Notes: generated by a model not told the origin, from the letters alone. DNA of 64,000 nucleotides from an uncultured Chitinophaga sp. (GCA_964438995.1 CAYTMQ010000003.1:249600-313599), one strand, 5' to 3'; positions 52,563 to 61,301 are shown, counted from the first letter of the stretch. Program-made: numbers and translations.

Positions 52563-53141
52563 TTAATCATTTAGTCCCTTTCCAGAAAGTATCAATGACT
52601 TACTTTTTTCAATTCTATCAATTCTTGTTTTGCTTTGCTTAGCAGATGAAAAATGCAATAGGTAATTGCGTTGTCTGCCAGGTGTTAAGTTGTAAAATGC
52701 TGTATTAAGTGCCTTGTCTTGTTTTAAATACTCCTTAAATTCTTCAGGTATTTCAAATTCATCAGTCTTTTTAAATTCTATTTTAGCTCCTGATTTTTCG
52801 AGCTCTATGGCGTCAATAATATAAGAGCGAATCATCTCCTCCTGTTCTTCAATCTGCTTTAGACTTGTAAATCTTAGTTGCTTTGTTGCTTGCACATTTT
52901 TGGTCTGTTGCACCAATAGATTAAAATGGTCTTTCAACAATGACCCTTTAAAAAACAGAAAAGCACAATAGTCTTTAAAAGTATGGATCAACACAATATT
53001 TTTACCATTATCCAAATAACATGGACTACCCCATTTTAACTCTTCAGTAAGTCTACAGTTGAGCACAATATTCCTTAAGACGACAATTTCCTTTTGCCAT
53101 CTTTTTTCCTTATCGAAATAGAAATTTACTTTAGGGTTCAT
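52563..53141 (-). CDS. YdeI/OmpD-associated (DUF1801-like) family protein, paralog 2
   Basis: 192 aa. Clear similarity to paralog 1 (MNPKVNFYFDKE..., FKGSLLKD..., NLTPGRQRNYLLHFSSAKQS.TRI.RIEKSK). Confidence 0.5.
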   Translation of the reverse strand: MNPKVNFYFDKEKRWQKEIVVLRNIVLNCRLTEELKWGSPCYLDNGKNIVLIHTFKDYCAFLFFKGSLLKDHFNLLVQQTKNVQATKQLRFTSLKQIEEQEEMIRSYIIDAIELEKSGAKIEFKKTDEFEIPEEFKEYLKQDKALNTAFYNLTPGRQRNYLLHFSSAKQSKTRIDRIEKSKSLILSGKGLND

Positions 53142-53518
53142 GGTACAATCTGAATTTTTCTATTGTCTGGACGCAATTTCCAAGATACAATAGTAAGCAA
53201 TAATAGCAACATACTAGGTAAAATTTCTGTTATATGACTTCCAGAAAAGGCATGGGATATAATAGCACCTGACATAGCGAAGAAAAATCCTGCATAAGCC
53301 CATTCTTTAAACAACTTAAAACTTGGTACTAATACTACAATTACACCTAGAATTTTCCATACTCCAATGATGTACAATAGATATTTGGGATAACCTAGAT
53401 GTTGCATTTTTATCAATTCATCAGGATGTTGCATCAACTGAACGATAGCAGTTGATACCATACCTAGACTTAGCCAAAGGGTTGACACCCAGTATGCGAT
53501 TTGTATTCTTTTATTCAT
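53138..53518 (-). CDS. DoxX-like membrane protein
   Basis: 126 aa, 4 TM helices, DoxX-like topology. Overlaps neighbouring genes in the operon. Confidence 0.5.
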   Translation of the reverse strand: MNKRIQIAYWVSTLWLSLGMVSTAIVQLMQHPDELIKMQHLGYPKYLLYIIGVWKILGVIVVLVPSFKLFKEWAYAGFFFAMSGAIISHAFSGSHITEILPSMLLLLLTIVSWKLRPDNRKIQIVP

Positions 53519-53520
53519 AA

Positions 53521-53988
53521 TTAATTGTTTGCTTTAAATAGCTTTTCCAATTTTGCATGAGCCATATTGATGCCTTGTAAGAAAGGTAGTTTCATGATAT
53601 TATCTCTATCTTCAACAGATTTATAAATCACTTGCATTTTAAGTCTGCTATGTTCGCTATCTATGGCTTCAAATTCATAAAACTCAAGTTGCACTGGAAA
53701 TGGTGTATTCATCATTTGAAAAGTTCTGATGATGCGTTGTTCATGCACAATTTCATGTATGACACCTTGAGTAGTTAAAACAATATGACCATTGGCATCT
53801 TTAGTTTCATTTTTCCAAGCGCCTAGAGTATGATTATCGAGTTTCAGAACAGTTGTTCCCATCCATTCTTCGATGCAATCTTTATCAGTATATGCCTTGA
53901 ACAAAAGTTCAATAGGCAAATCAAAATCTCTATAAATCCTTACAAATTGTTCATTTGGATTGGCTTCTACTTTGGTTTTAAGTTCCAT
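53521..53988 (-). CDS. SRPBCC-superfamily protein (Aha1/AHSA1-like)
   Basis: 155 aa. Pattern typical of activator-of-Hsp90-ATPase homolog-like bacterial proteins. Commonly found downstream of ArsR regulators. Confidence 0.6.
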   Translation of the reverse strand: MELKTKVEANPNEQFVRIYRDFDLPIELLFKAYTDKDCIEEWMGTTVLKLDNHTLGAWKNETKDANGHIVLTTQGVIHEIVHEQRIIRTFQMMNTPFPVQLEFYEFEAIDSEHSRLKMQVIYKSVEDRDNIMKLPFLQGINMAHAKLEKLFKANN

Positions 53989-53989
53989 A

Positions 53990-54310
53990 TTATTTTTTCT
54001 TGTGCTTTTTCATTACAGATTCTAGTTGATTGAATTTGTCGTCCCACATTTTAGCAAAAGGTTGAATGAAATCAGCCACATCCTTCAAACCATTTGGATT
54101 AAGATGGTAGTATATTTCTCTACCTATCTGTTCTTGTTGAAGCAAATCACATTCTGACAATATTTGTAAATGTTTGGATACTGTAGGCCTTGCAGTATTA
54201 AAATTAGCAGCTATGGCACCAGCAGTTAGTGCATTTGAAGCCAGAAGCAGGAGTATTCCTCTTCTCGTTGGATCGGCTATGGCTTGAAAAACATCACGTC
54301 TTAAATTCAT
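53990..54310 (-). CDS. ArsR/SmtB-family metalloregulatory transcriptional repressor
   Basis: [16 protein letters not shown]... winged-HTH signature of the ArsR family. 106 aa. First gene of the operon. Confidence 0.85.
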   Translation of the reverse strand: MNLRRDVFQAIADPTRRGILLLLASNALTAGAIAANFNTARPTVSKHLQILSECDLLQQEQIGREIYYHLNPNGLKDVADFIQPFAKMWDDKFNQLESVMKKHKKK

Positions 54311-54312
54311 TA

Positions 54313-54356
54313 TGTAGTTATTTGGCTACAAATATATATGTAGTTATTTAGCTACG
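54313..54356. promoter_or_regulatory. Tandem operator-like sites upstream of the ArsR operon
   Basis: Two copies of TGTAGTTATTT(G/A)GCTAC(A/G) at 54313-54330 and 54339-54356. Each is an inverted repeat TGTAG-N8-CTACA. They lie 3-46 bp upstream of the arsR start. Confidence 0.4.
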
Positions 54357-54401
54357 CAAATTTATTTTATAAGTACTAATTGATTCTATAAAACCTACGC
54401 T

Positions 54402-55232
54402 TCAATGTTTAGATAATTGATTCAAAAAATAATCCATATACTTGGAGGCATCTTTACTTAATAAATGGACTCCATCGCCAGTGTTATAAGTTTCTGTAGG
54501 ATTGTTGTCAATCATAAAATACGCTTTTTCTTTAGCAAGTTTTGTAAAGAAATTTCTTTGAATTAGTGCTCTGGGCAATTGTTCTAAACTTGAGTCTATA
54601 GGCATCTCATATAACACAATTTCACAACCTTCTGACGCTATAAAATCTAATATATCAGCGGTGGTTTTAAGTTCATTTATTATCTTGATAGAATCTTGTG
54701 TTTTATTCCATTCTTTTTGTGCCTTGCTTATGAGCTCATCGTATAATTTTTGAGGTGGTCTATTGTCATTGGTTTGTTTACCAGAAGGTGTAATTACTCT
54801 ATCCACCAAATTATTTAGTGTTTTATTTTTAGACCTTAGAAATGGTAAAAACGTCCTCAATTCATACATAGGAAAACTGAACATTTTATTTAACGCCTGG
54901 CTATCAATTCCTCTATCCATATGATTGATCTCAACGAACAGTTTTTTTGGAATTCTTCCGCTTCGTTTTATGACTTCAAGTCCAGTTAAAGCGCCTGTAT
55001 GAGGCAAATACAAGTTAAAATACTTCACATTAAATAAAACTCTATCTTCAAAAGCTCCACTGAGTGAAGAGCCAACTAATACAATATCTCGAGTCTCGCC
55101 ATGTAAATACTCTTCAATGCGTTCTTCGTTGGTATAGAAAACCGACTTTTTAAGCGGAAATACAATTAAAAAGATATTGTAGGCAATCAATAAGAAGCCT
55201 GTTGTAATCAAAATTTTAGGAATTAACTTCAT
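54402..55232 (-). CDS. Membrane-anchored hypothetical protein, possible partner of the MBOAT acyltransferase
   Basis: N-terminal TM helix followed by a ~250-aa soluble domain. Lies 4 bp downstream of the MBOAT gene. No clear catalytic motif, so the role is inferred from position only. Confidence 0.35.
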   Translation of the reverse strand: MKLIPKILITTGFLLIAYNIFLIVFPLKKSVFYTNEERIEEYLHGETRDIVLVGSSLSGAFEDRVLFNVKYFNLYLPHTGALTGLEVIKRSGRIPKKLFVEINHMDRGIDSQALNKMFSFPMYELRTFLPFLRSKNKTLNNLVDRVITPSGKQTNDNRPPQKLYDELISKAQKEWNKTQDSIKIINELKTTADILDFIASEGCEIVLYEMPIDSSLEQLPRALIQRNFFTKLAKEKAYFMIDNNPTETYNTGDGVHLLSKDASKYMDYFLNQLSKH

Positions 55233-55235
55233 AGC

Positions 55236-56651
55236 TTAGAATTGAAAATAAATAAACTCACCTTGTGAACCGCTATTAGTAAATATAAAAAATGCCATTA
55301 AACCATACCAGATAAATTCACTTTTATCAAAGTACTTTCGAAAAACCGAATTCTCTTTCATCAAATAGCAGATATGGAAAGTAATGACTGCAATTGAGAA
55401 CAGAACCAATGTAAGCTCCTTCATACCAAACTTTAAAGGCATACTAAAATTCTGAACTACAGATTGCAAGAAATATATAACATGATTAAAGTCTGTCAAT
55501 TTAAATAAGAGCCATAAAAGTGTCACAATAAAGAAAACTATGATCATGCCAATATAGCTGCGCTTTTGACTGTTAACATGACTTTTAAATAAGAATCTTT
55601 CAGCTAGTAGGAAGAATCCATGAGCCGCCCCCCATACTGCATAACTCCATGCTGCACCATGCCAAAATCCGCCTAGCAACATCACAATAAATAAATTGAT
55701 ATATGTTCTAACTTCTCCCTTTCTATTTCCACCTAGTGGAATATATAAATAATCTCGCAACCATGTTGAAAGTGATATATGCCATCTTCTCCAAAATTCG
55801 GAAAACGAAGAAGCTATATATGGGAAATTAAAATTATCAGGTAAATGGTATCCAAATAGTTTTCCAAGTCCTATTGCTATTAATGAATAACCTGCAAAAT
55901 CAGCGAAAATTTGTATAGAGTATCCAAATAAAAGCAATATTAAATTTTTTCCAGACAACCCCTGAAAGTAAGGAAACATAATACTATTTGTAATATCATT
56001 TAAATTATCTGCTACAACCATCTTTAGAAAAAATCCGAGAATTAGTTGCTTTACAGCTTTTGTCCACTGAATATCATTAAAATCTTTATAGCCTATTTGA
56101 GGATAAAATTCTCTTGCTTTAAGAATCGGACCAGCTATGAGATGCGGGAAGAATGAAATAAAAAAAGCAGTGTTATAAAAATGTTCTGAAAACTTATTCG
56201 ATTTATTCTCAATGACAGCTTTACCTTTATACAAATCTAATAATAGACTAATTCCTTCGAATGTATAAAACGAGATACCTATTGGAAGAGGCACTGTAAT
56301 TAAAAAATCCAAGAAACCATTCTTTAAACTTAACTCATTGCTAAGGGTGGTTGCTATTAGTGGACTGTATTTAAAGAAAGCCAGTATGGCTAGGTTAAAA
56401 ATCACCCCTATAATTAAAATTCGTTTAGCTTTACTTGTATCAACCTTATAAATGCTATAACTGCAGTATGTATTGATTAATACAGAAAACAGTAATAGTG
56501 CCAATAAGATAGGTTTCTGATAAGCATAAAAGAAAAAACTTGCCAGTAAAAGTACTTGTAACTGATTATTTCTAAACCATTTTATCGGTAAATAATAACA
56601 AGTAAAAACTAGAAATAAAAAAAGTAAAAATTCGAAACTATTAAAAAGCAT
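55236..56651 (-). CDS. MBOAT-family membrane-bound O-acyltransferase (AlgI/DltB/PatA-like)
   Basis: 471 aa, polytopic. Conserved MBOAT histidine region FWRRWHISLSTWLRDYLYIPLGG. Confidence 0.85.
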   Translation of the reverse strand: MLFNSFEFLLFLFLVFTCYYLPIKWFRNNQLQVLLLASFFFYAYQKPILLALLLFSVLINTYCSYSIYKVDTSKAKRILIIGVIFNLAILAFFKYSPLIATTLSNELSLKNGFLDFLITVPLPIGISFYTFEGISLLLDLYKGKAVIENKSNKFSEHFYNTAFFISFFPHLIAGPILKAREFYPQIGYKDFNDIQWTKAVKQLILGFFLKMVVADNLNDITNSIMFPYFQGLSGKNLILLLFGYSIQIFADFAGYSLIAIGLGKLFGYHLPDNFNFPYIASSFSEFWRRWHISLSTWLRDYLYIPLGGNRKGEVRTYINLFIVMLLGGFWHGAAWSYAVWGAAHGFFLLAERFLFKSHVNSQKRSYIGMIIVFFIVTLLWLLFKLTDFNHVIYFLQSVVQNFSMPLKFGMKELTLVLFSIAVITFHICYLMKENSVFRKYFDKSEFIWYGLMAFFIFTNSGSQGEFIYFQF

Positions 56652-57077
56652 ATTTTAAATTATCACTGAGGCTATGATTAAATATTGGATGTTAAATTAT
56701 TTTGGAAATTAAAATAGGACATCTTTTTACTTAAATATATCAAAAGATAATAATCTAAGACTTTTTTAGTGACTGAAGTTGTGTGTACAAAGTTTAGCAT
56801 TTTTGTATTGTGTATTCAAGTGAAAGGTCATCGAATAGTCAACCTATTTTATCATGTTTCAAAACAAAATAACTTATTAATACTTGATTTACCAAATAAT
56901 TATCAAAACTACATTAACTATTTTAATTATTATACGCTGATTAACAGGCACATATAAATTTATTTTTACAGTTTTAGAAGTTGCTTTCTTCGATAATTCC
57001 TACTTTGATGACTTTAGTAGGACAGTCCGGCCTGAATGACACAGTCGGGCTAGGAACTAAGATTTAATTTATTTTTG

Positions 57078-57178
57078 TGGTCTCAGAAGGAATCGAACCT
57101 TCATTTAGCGTTTAGGAAACGCTCGTTCTATCCCCGCCCGACTGAACGTCGTTCGGGCAGGCATTGAACTACGAGACC
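57078..57178 (-). tRNA. tRNA-Arg(CCT) variant carrying a 29-nt hairpin insertion in the D-loop (101 nt; possibly a pseudogene)
   Basis: Manual fold: acceptor GGTCTCG/TGAGACC, D-stem GTTC/GAAC, anticodon stem AGCGT/ACGCT with loop TTCCTAA (anticodon CCT), T-arm GAAGG-TTCGATT-CCTTC. The D-loop AATG|GATA is interrupted by CCTGCCCGAACGACGTTCAGTCGGGCGGG. Confidence 0.6.
57133..57161 (-). repeat. 29-nt palindromic hairpin element (9-bp stem, 11-nt loop) inserted in the tRNA D-loop
   Basis: CCTGCCCGA-ACGACGTTCAG-TCGGGCGGG. A near-identical copy lies at 57537-57565 and a degenerate copy near 57030-57058. Confidence 0.6.
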
Positions 57179-57411
57179 ATTTTACTTTTTAAAAATCTTC
57201 TTCCTGCTGCAGTTTTAAAATATTTTTCTCTTTGTATGGCTTCTATTTCAGTTTCAAAAGTCTCAAAATATACTATCTCATATGGAATATAAGGCTTTAA
57301 AGATTTAGTTAAACCACTATTATATTGTCTTAATCTTACAGCCAAATCTTTACAATGACCCTTGTAGTAATAATCTCTTATTACACTTTTTAGCACATAA
57401 GCATAGAACAT
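57169..57411 (-). CDS. Small GIY-YIG nuclease family protein
   Basis: MFYAYVLKS...YYKGHCKDLAVRLRQYNSG...IVYFETFETEIEAIQREKYFK: canonical GIY...YIG, Arg and Glu positions of a minimal GIY-YIG domain (~80 aa). Lies between two tRNA-Arg copies on the same strand. Confidence 0.8.
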   Translation of the reverse strand: MFYAYVLKSVIRDYYYKGHCKDLAVRLRQYNSGLTKSLKPYIPYEIVYFETFETEIEAIQREKYFKTAAGRRFLKSKMVS

Positions 57412-57428
57412 AGTTTTAATTTTTTTTG

Positions 57429-57500
57429 TAGTCTCGGCGAGAATCGAACTCACATCAAATGTTTAGGAAACATCTATTCTATCCATTGAACTACGAGACC
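57429..57500 (-). tRNA. tRNA-Arg(CCT), canonical 72 nt
   Basis: Manual cloverleaf: GGTCTCG-TA-GTTC-AATGGATA-GAAT-A-GATGT-TTCCTAA-ACATT-TGAT-GTGAG-TTCGATT-CTCGC-CGAGACT-A. Anticodon CCT. CCA not encoded. Confidence 0.75.
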
Positions 57501-57520
57501 ATTTTGCAAATAGTTTTGGT

Positions 57521-57581
57521 AACATCTATTCTATCCCCGCCCGACTGAACATCGTTCGGGCTGGCATTGAACTACGAGACC
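57521..57581 (-). pseudogene. 5' fragment of tRNA-Arg(CCT) (acceptor to anticodon-stem 5' strand) carrying the same D-loop hairpin insertion, truncated
   Basis: GGTCTCGTAGTTCAATG-[CCAGCCCGAACGATGTTCAGTCGGGCGGG]-GATAGAATAGATGTT, then divergence. Lies 20 nt upstream (same strand) of the intact tRNA-Arg. Confidence 0.6.
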
Positions 57582-57664
57582 AATCAGGCTACAAAATTAA
57601 TGGTTTTTATACTTCTTCATCAATCAATTTTGTTGCATACCATTTTTTGCAATAAATTGCCCCA

Positions 57665-59176
57665 ATGTTTAGACAACTACTTCTAGCGTTTTCAGTATTC
57701 TTGTTTTGTAAATCCTCTTTTGCTCAAACAGGTATAATAACTTCTGCTGATAGCCTTATTTTTAAACAAGTCTTTGAACAATCGCTCACCAATGGCCATG
57801 CTTATGCCAGACTTGGAGAACTGTGTAAAAAAATTGGCGCTAGACTTAGTGGTAGTGATGCCGCTGAAAAAGGGGTTAACTGGGCTTATGATATGTTAAA
57901 ATCTTATGGATTTGACAAGGTGGATACGCAAGGTGTGATGGTGCCTCGCTGGGAACGAGGTAATATCGGGAATGTTCATTTCAACAGCCCATTGTTCATC
58001 AAACAATTCGGACAAGAAACAACCAAAAAAACACTTATAAAAAACATCCAAAAATCTGCCTATCCCAACTCACCTGCCCCTGAATTTGAGTGCGAGACAT
58101 TTTTGAATTCTTTAGTAAAAGCAACTAACAATATTAAAGTACCAGCCATTGCACTTGGTGGCTCTGTAGGTGGAAAAGCTAAAGCGGGTATTGTTTCAAT
58201 TACCACCAAAAATCAATTGGATAGTTTTGGTAAACTAGGTTTACTAAAAGGAAAAATAGTATTACTAAACCGCCCAATGAACGAATCATTAATAAACACC
58301 TTTCATGCTTACGGAGGTTGTGTGAATCAACGTGTTCAAGGTTCTAATTGGTGCTCACCATACGGTGCTTTAGCAGTGCTTGTAAGAAGTGTTTCCAATC
58401 GCTGTGATTTGCATCCACATACTGGCGTTACTGGATATGACAAAAACATCCAGCCTATTCCAATGATAGCAGTTGCGACAGCTGCAGCCGATGTGCTGCA
58501 TTACTTGAGTCTTAATGACCCTCAACTTACTGTTGATATTGAATTTAATTGCCAAATGCTACCTGATAGACAGAGTGCCAATGTAATGGCTCAGACCAAT
58601 GGTTCTAAATACCCAGAAAAAATCATCGTGTTTGGTGGTCATTTTGATAGTTGGGACCAAGGTGAAGGCGCACACGATGATGGTGCAGGCTGCATGCATG
58701 CCTTTGAAGCTTTGAGATTGTTAAAATCAATAGGCTATCAACCAAAACATACCTTGAGATGCATATTCTGGATCAATGAAGAAAATGGCGTTAGAGGGGG
58801 AAATGAGTATGCTAAAGTTGCTGCTGCTAAAAATGAAAACCATATTGTAGCGTTAGAAAGTGATAGAGGCGGATTCACTCCACGAGGCTTTGGAGTTGAT
58901 TCTGTCCTTCTTCAATTGATTCAAAAATATCAACCATTACTTGAAAAGTATGGAGTTGGAGAATTAGAACAAGGTGGAGGAGGTGTTGATATTGCTCCAT
59001 TGAAAAAACCATTTCCAAATGCACAATTTGTGGCTTTGCATCCGGATTCTCAAAGATACTTTGATGTCCACCATGCCGAAACAGACGTGTTCGAAAATGT
59101 CAATAAAAGAGAATTAGAATTGGGCGCAGCTGCTCTTGCTGTGATGATATACATCATCGACCAATCATTAGAATAA
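57665..59176 (+). CDS. M28-family zinc peptidase (aminopeptidase), secreted
   Basis: Signal peptide. GGHFDSWDQGEGAHDDGAGCMHAFEALRLL contains the M28 metal-binding His/Asp residues. 503 aa. Confidence 0.8.
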   Translation: MFRQLLLAFSVFLFCKSSFAQTGIITSADSLIFKQVFEQSLTNGHAYARLGELCKKIGARLSGSDAAEKGVNWAYDMLKSYGFDKVDTQGVMVPRWERGNIGNVHFNSPLFIKQFGQETTKKTLIKNIQKSAYPNSPAPEFECETFLNSLVKATNNIKVPAIALGGSVGGKAKAGIVSITTKNQLDSFGKLGLLKGKIVLLNRPMNESLINTFHAYGGCVNQRVQGSNWCSPYGALAVLVRSVSNRCDLHPHTGVTGYDKNIQPIPMIAVATAAADVLHYLSLNDPQLTVDIEFNCQMLPDRQSANVMAQTNGSKYPEKIIVFGGHFDSWDQGEGAHDDGAGCMHAFEALRLLKSIGYQPKHTLRCIFWINEENGVRGGNEYAKVAAAKNENHIVALESDRGGFTPRGFGVDSVLLQLIQKYQPLLEKYGVGELEQGGGGVDIAPLKKPFPNAQFVALHPDSQRYFDVHHAETDVFENVNKRELELGAAALAVMIYIIDQSLE

Positions 59177-59177
59177 A

Positions 59178-61301
59178 CTATCGTATACCTGCACCAGGTG
59201 CAGCAAAATCAGAAGGTGATACCAATCGCAAGCTACCATCAGAATGGTCGGCCATTAAAATCATCCCTTTAGATTCAATGCCTTTGATGGCTCTAGGTTC
59301 AAGATTTGCTAATACACATACCTGCTTTCCAATCAATGATTCAGGCTCAAAATGTAAAGCTATTCCTGATACGATGGTGCGTGTTTCAAAACCTAAATCA
59401 ACTTCTAATTTTAATAATTTATCAGCCTTTTTAACTTTTTCTGCTGCTATCACAGTTCCTACTCTGATGTCCATCTTAGTGAAATCATCGAAACTTATAG
59501 ATGGTTTTTGAGGCTCTGCAACCCACTCAGATGCTTTGGATGCTTCTACCGCTTCTGCCTGTTTTAATTTTGTAGCATTCAATTTTTGAATTTGCTCATC
59601 AATGATGGCATCTTCTATATTACTAAACAAATGTACAGCCTCTCCAATTGTATGACCTGGACTCAATTGAGTAAATGCAGACTTTTTGAAATCAGAAGCG
59701 TTAATGTTCAATATACCATTTAATTTTGATGCGGTAAAAGGAATGAATGGCTCCATCCACCAAGCAAGTTGTGCCGCTATCTGCAAAGCATGATTCATAA
59801 CAGTAGCAGTTCTTTCGGCATCCGTTTTTACAGTCTTCCAAGGCTCATTGTCTGCTAAATATTTATTTCCTGCTCTGGCAATGTTCATCACCTCAAACAG
59901 AGCTTCTCTGAATTTAAAATTTCTAATACATTCATCAATAGCCAATGAACATCTTTGTGTTTCATTGATCAATTGTTGTTCACTTTCAGTCACTGCTGCA
60001 ATTTCAGGTACATTTCCATTGTAAAACTTATGAGTCAATACAGCCACTCTGTTAATGAAATTTCCAAGAATTGCAACCAATTCACTGTTGTTTCTTGTTT
60101 GAAAATCTTTCCAACTAAAATCAGCATCTTTAGTCTCAGGGGCAATTGCAGTAAGCACATACCTCATCACATCTTCTTTGCCATCAAATGCTTTGAAATA
60201 GTCTTCCATTTCTACGCTCCATTGTCGGCTAGTGCTCATTTTATCCCCTTCAAGGTTTAAAAATTCGTTGGCTGGTACATTGTCTGGCAAAATAAAATCA
60301 CCAGCCGCATGCAACATAGCAGGGAAAATAATACAATGGAAAACGATGTTGTCTTTGCCTATAAAATGAATCAATCTTGTCTCATCATTTTGCCACCATA
60401 ATTTCCAATCATCTGCATTACCACTGGTTATTTTTGAATTTTCTGGATAAGAAAATTCTCTTTTTCCAGATTCTAATTCTTTAAAAAATGCTTTGGTTGC
60501 AGAAATGTAGCCAATAGGCGCATCGAACCAAACGTATAAAACTTTGCCATCAGCACCATTGATTGGCACTTTAACACCCCAATCCAAATCACGTGTCATT
60601 GCTCGAGGCGACAATCCACCATCGATCCAACTTTTGCTTTGACCATAGGTATTAGGTTTCCAATCTGCTTTATGACCTTCAAGCAACCATTCTTTTAACC
60701 ATGGTTCGTAATTTTGCAAAGGCAAATACCAGTGTTTCGTGGTTCTTAATACAGGTGCTTTAGAAGACAATGTAGAAATAGGGTTAATCAATTCGTTCGG
60801 ACTGAGTGCTTTTCCGCATTTTTCACATTGGTCGCCGTAAGCATTTTCAAAGCTACAATTGGGGCATGTTCCTTTGATGTATCTATCTGCCAGAAAGGTT
60901 TGATTTTCCTCATCAAAAAACTGTTCACTTTCCTCTTCAACAAACAAGCCTTTGTGGTACAATTTTAAGAAAAACTCTTGAGCTGTTTCATGGTGTATTT
61001 TATCACTTGTGCGGTGATAGATGTCAAACGAAATTCCTAATTTCTCAAAATTTTGTTTGAGTAAAGCGTGATAACGGTCGATGATGGCTTTAGCTGAAGT
61101 ACTTTCTTTCTGAGCCTGAATAGGGATAGCAGTTCCATGCTCATCACTACCACAAACGTACATAACATCTTCGCCGCAATTTCTTAAATATCTTGTGTAG
61201 ATATCTGCAGGAATATAGGCACCAGCGAGGTGTCCAATATGTTTCGGACCATTGGCATAAGGTAGGGCGGCAGTTACTAGAGTACGCTTAAACTTCGACA
61301 T
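59178..61301 (-). CDS. metG: Methionine--tRNA ligase with a C-terminal tRNA-binding (EMAP/Trbp111-like) domain
   Basis: HIGH motif (PYANGPKHIGHL). KMSTS (KMSKS-type) motif. Zinc knuckle CPNC...CEKC. 707 aa. Confidence 0.95.
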   Translation of the reverse strand: MSKFKRTLVTAALPYANGPKHIGHLAGAYIPADIYTRYLRNCGEDVMYVCGSDEHGTAIPIQAQKESTSAKAIIDRYHALLKQNFEKLGISFDIYHRTSDKIHHETAQEFFLKLYHKGLFVEEESEQFFDEENQTFLADRYIKGTCPNCSFENAYGDQCEKCGKALSPNELINPISTLSSKAPVLRTTKHWYLPLQNYEPWLKEWLLEGHKADWKPNTYGQSKSWIDGGLSPRAMTRDLDWGVKVPINGADGKVLYVWFDAPIGYISATKAFFKELESGKREFSYPENSKITSGNADDWKLWWQNDETRLIHFIGKDNIVFHCIIFPAMLHAAGDFILPDNVPANEFLNLEGDKMSTSRQWSVEMEDYFKAFDGKEDVMRYVLTAIAPETKDADFSWKDFQTRNNSELVAILGNFINRVAVLTHKFYNGNVPEIAAVTESEQQLINETQRCSLAIDECIRNFKFREALFEVMNIARAGNKYLADNEPWKTVKTDAERTATVMNHALQIAAQLAWWMEPFIPFTASKLNGILNINASDFKKSAFTQLSPGHTIGEAVHLFSNIEDAIIDEQIQKLNATKLKQAEAVEASKASEWVAEPQKPSISFDDFTKMDIRVGTVIAAEKVKKADKLLKLEVDLGFETRTIVSGIALHFEPESLIGKQVCVLANLEPRAIKGIESKGMILMADHSDGSLRLVSPSDFAAPGAGIR

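Noticed and set aside
56769-56957. 62-aa ORF in the AT-rich spacer between the MBOAT gene and the tRNA locus
   Set aside because: No ribosome-binding site or conservation signal. Tyr/Asn-rich translation typical of random AT-rich sequence. More likely a promoter or spacer region.
57133-57161. Interpreting the D-loop insertion as a self-splicing intron
   Set aside because: 29 nt is far too short for group I or II introns, and the insertion is not in the anticodon loop. It is better described as a palindromic hairpin or MITE-like insertion.
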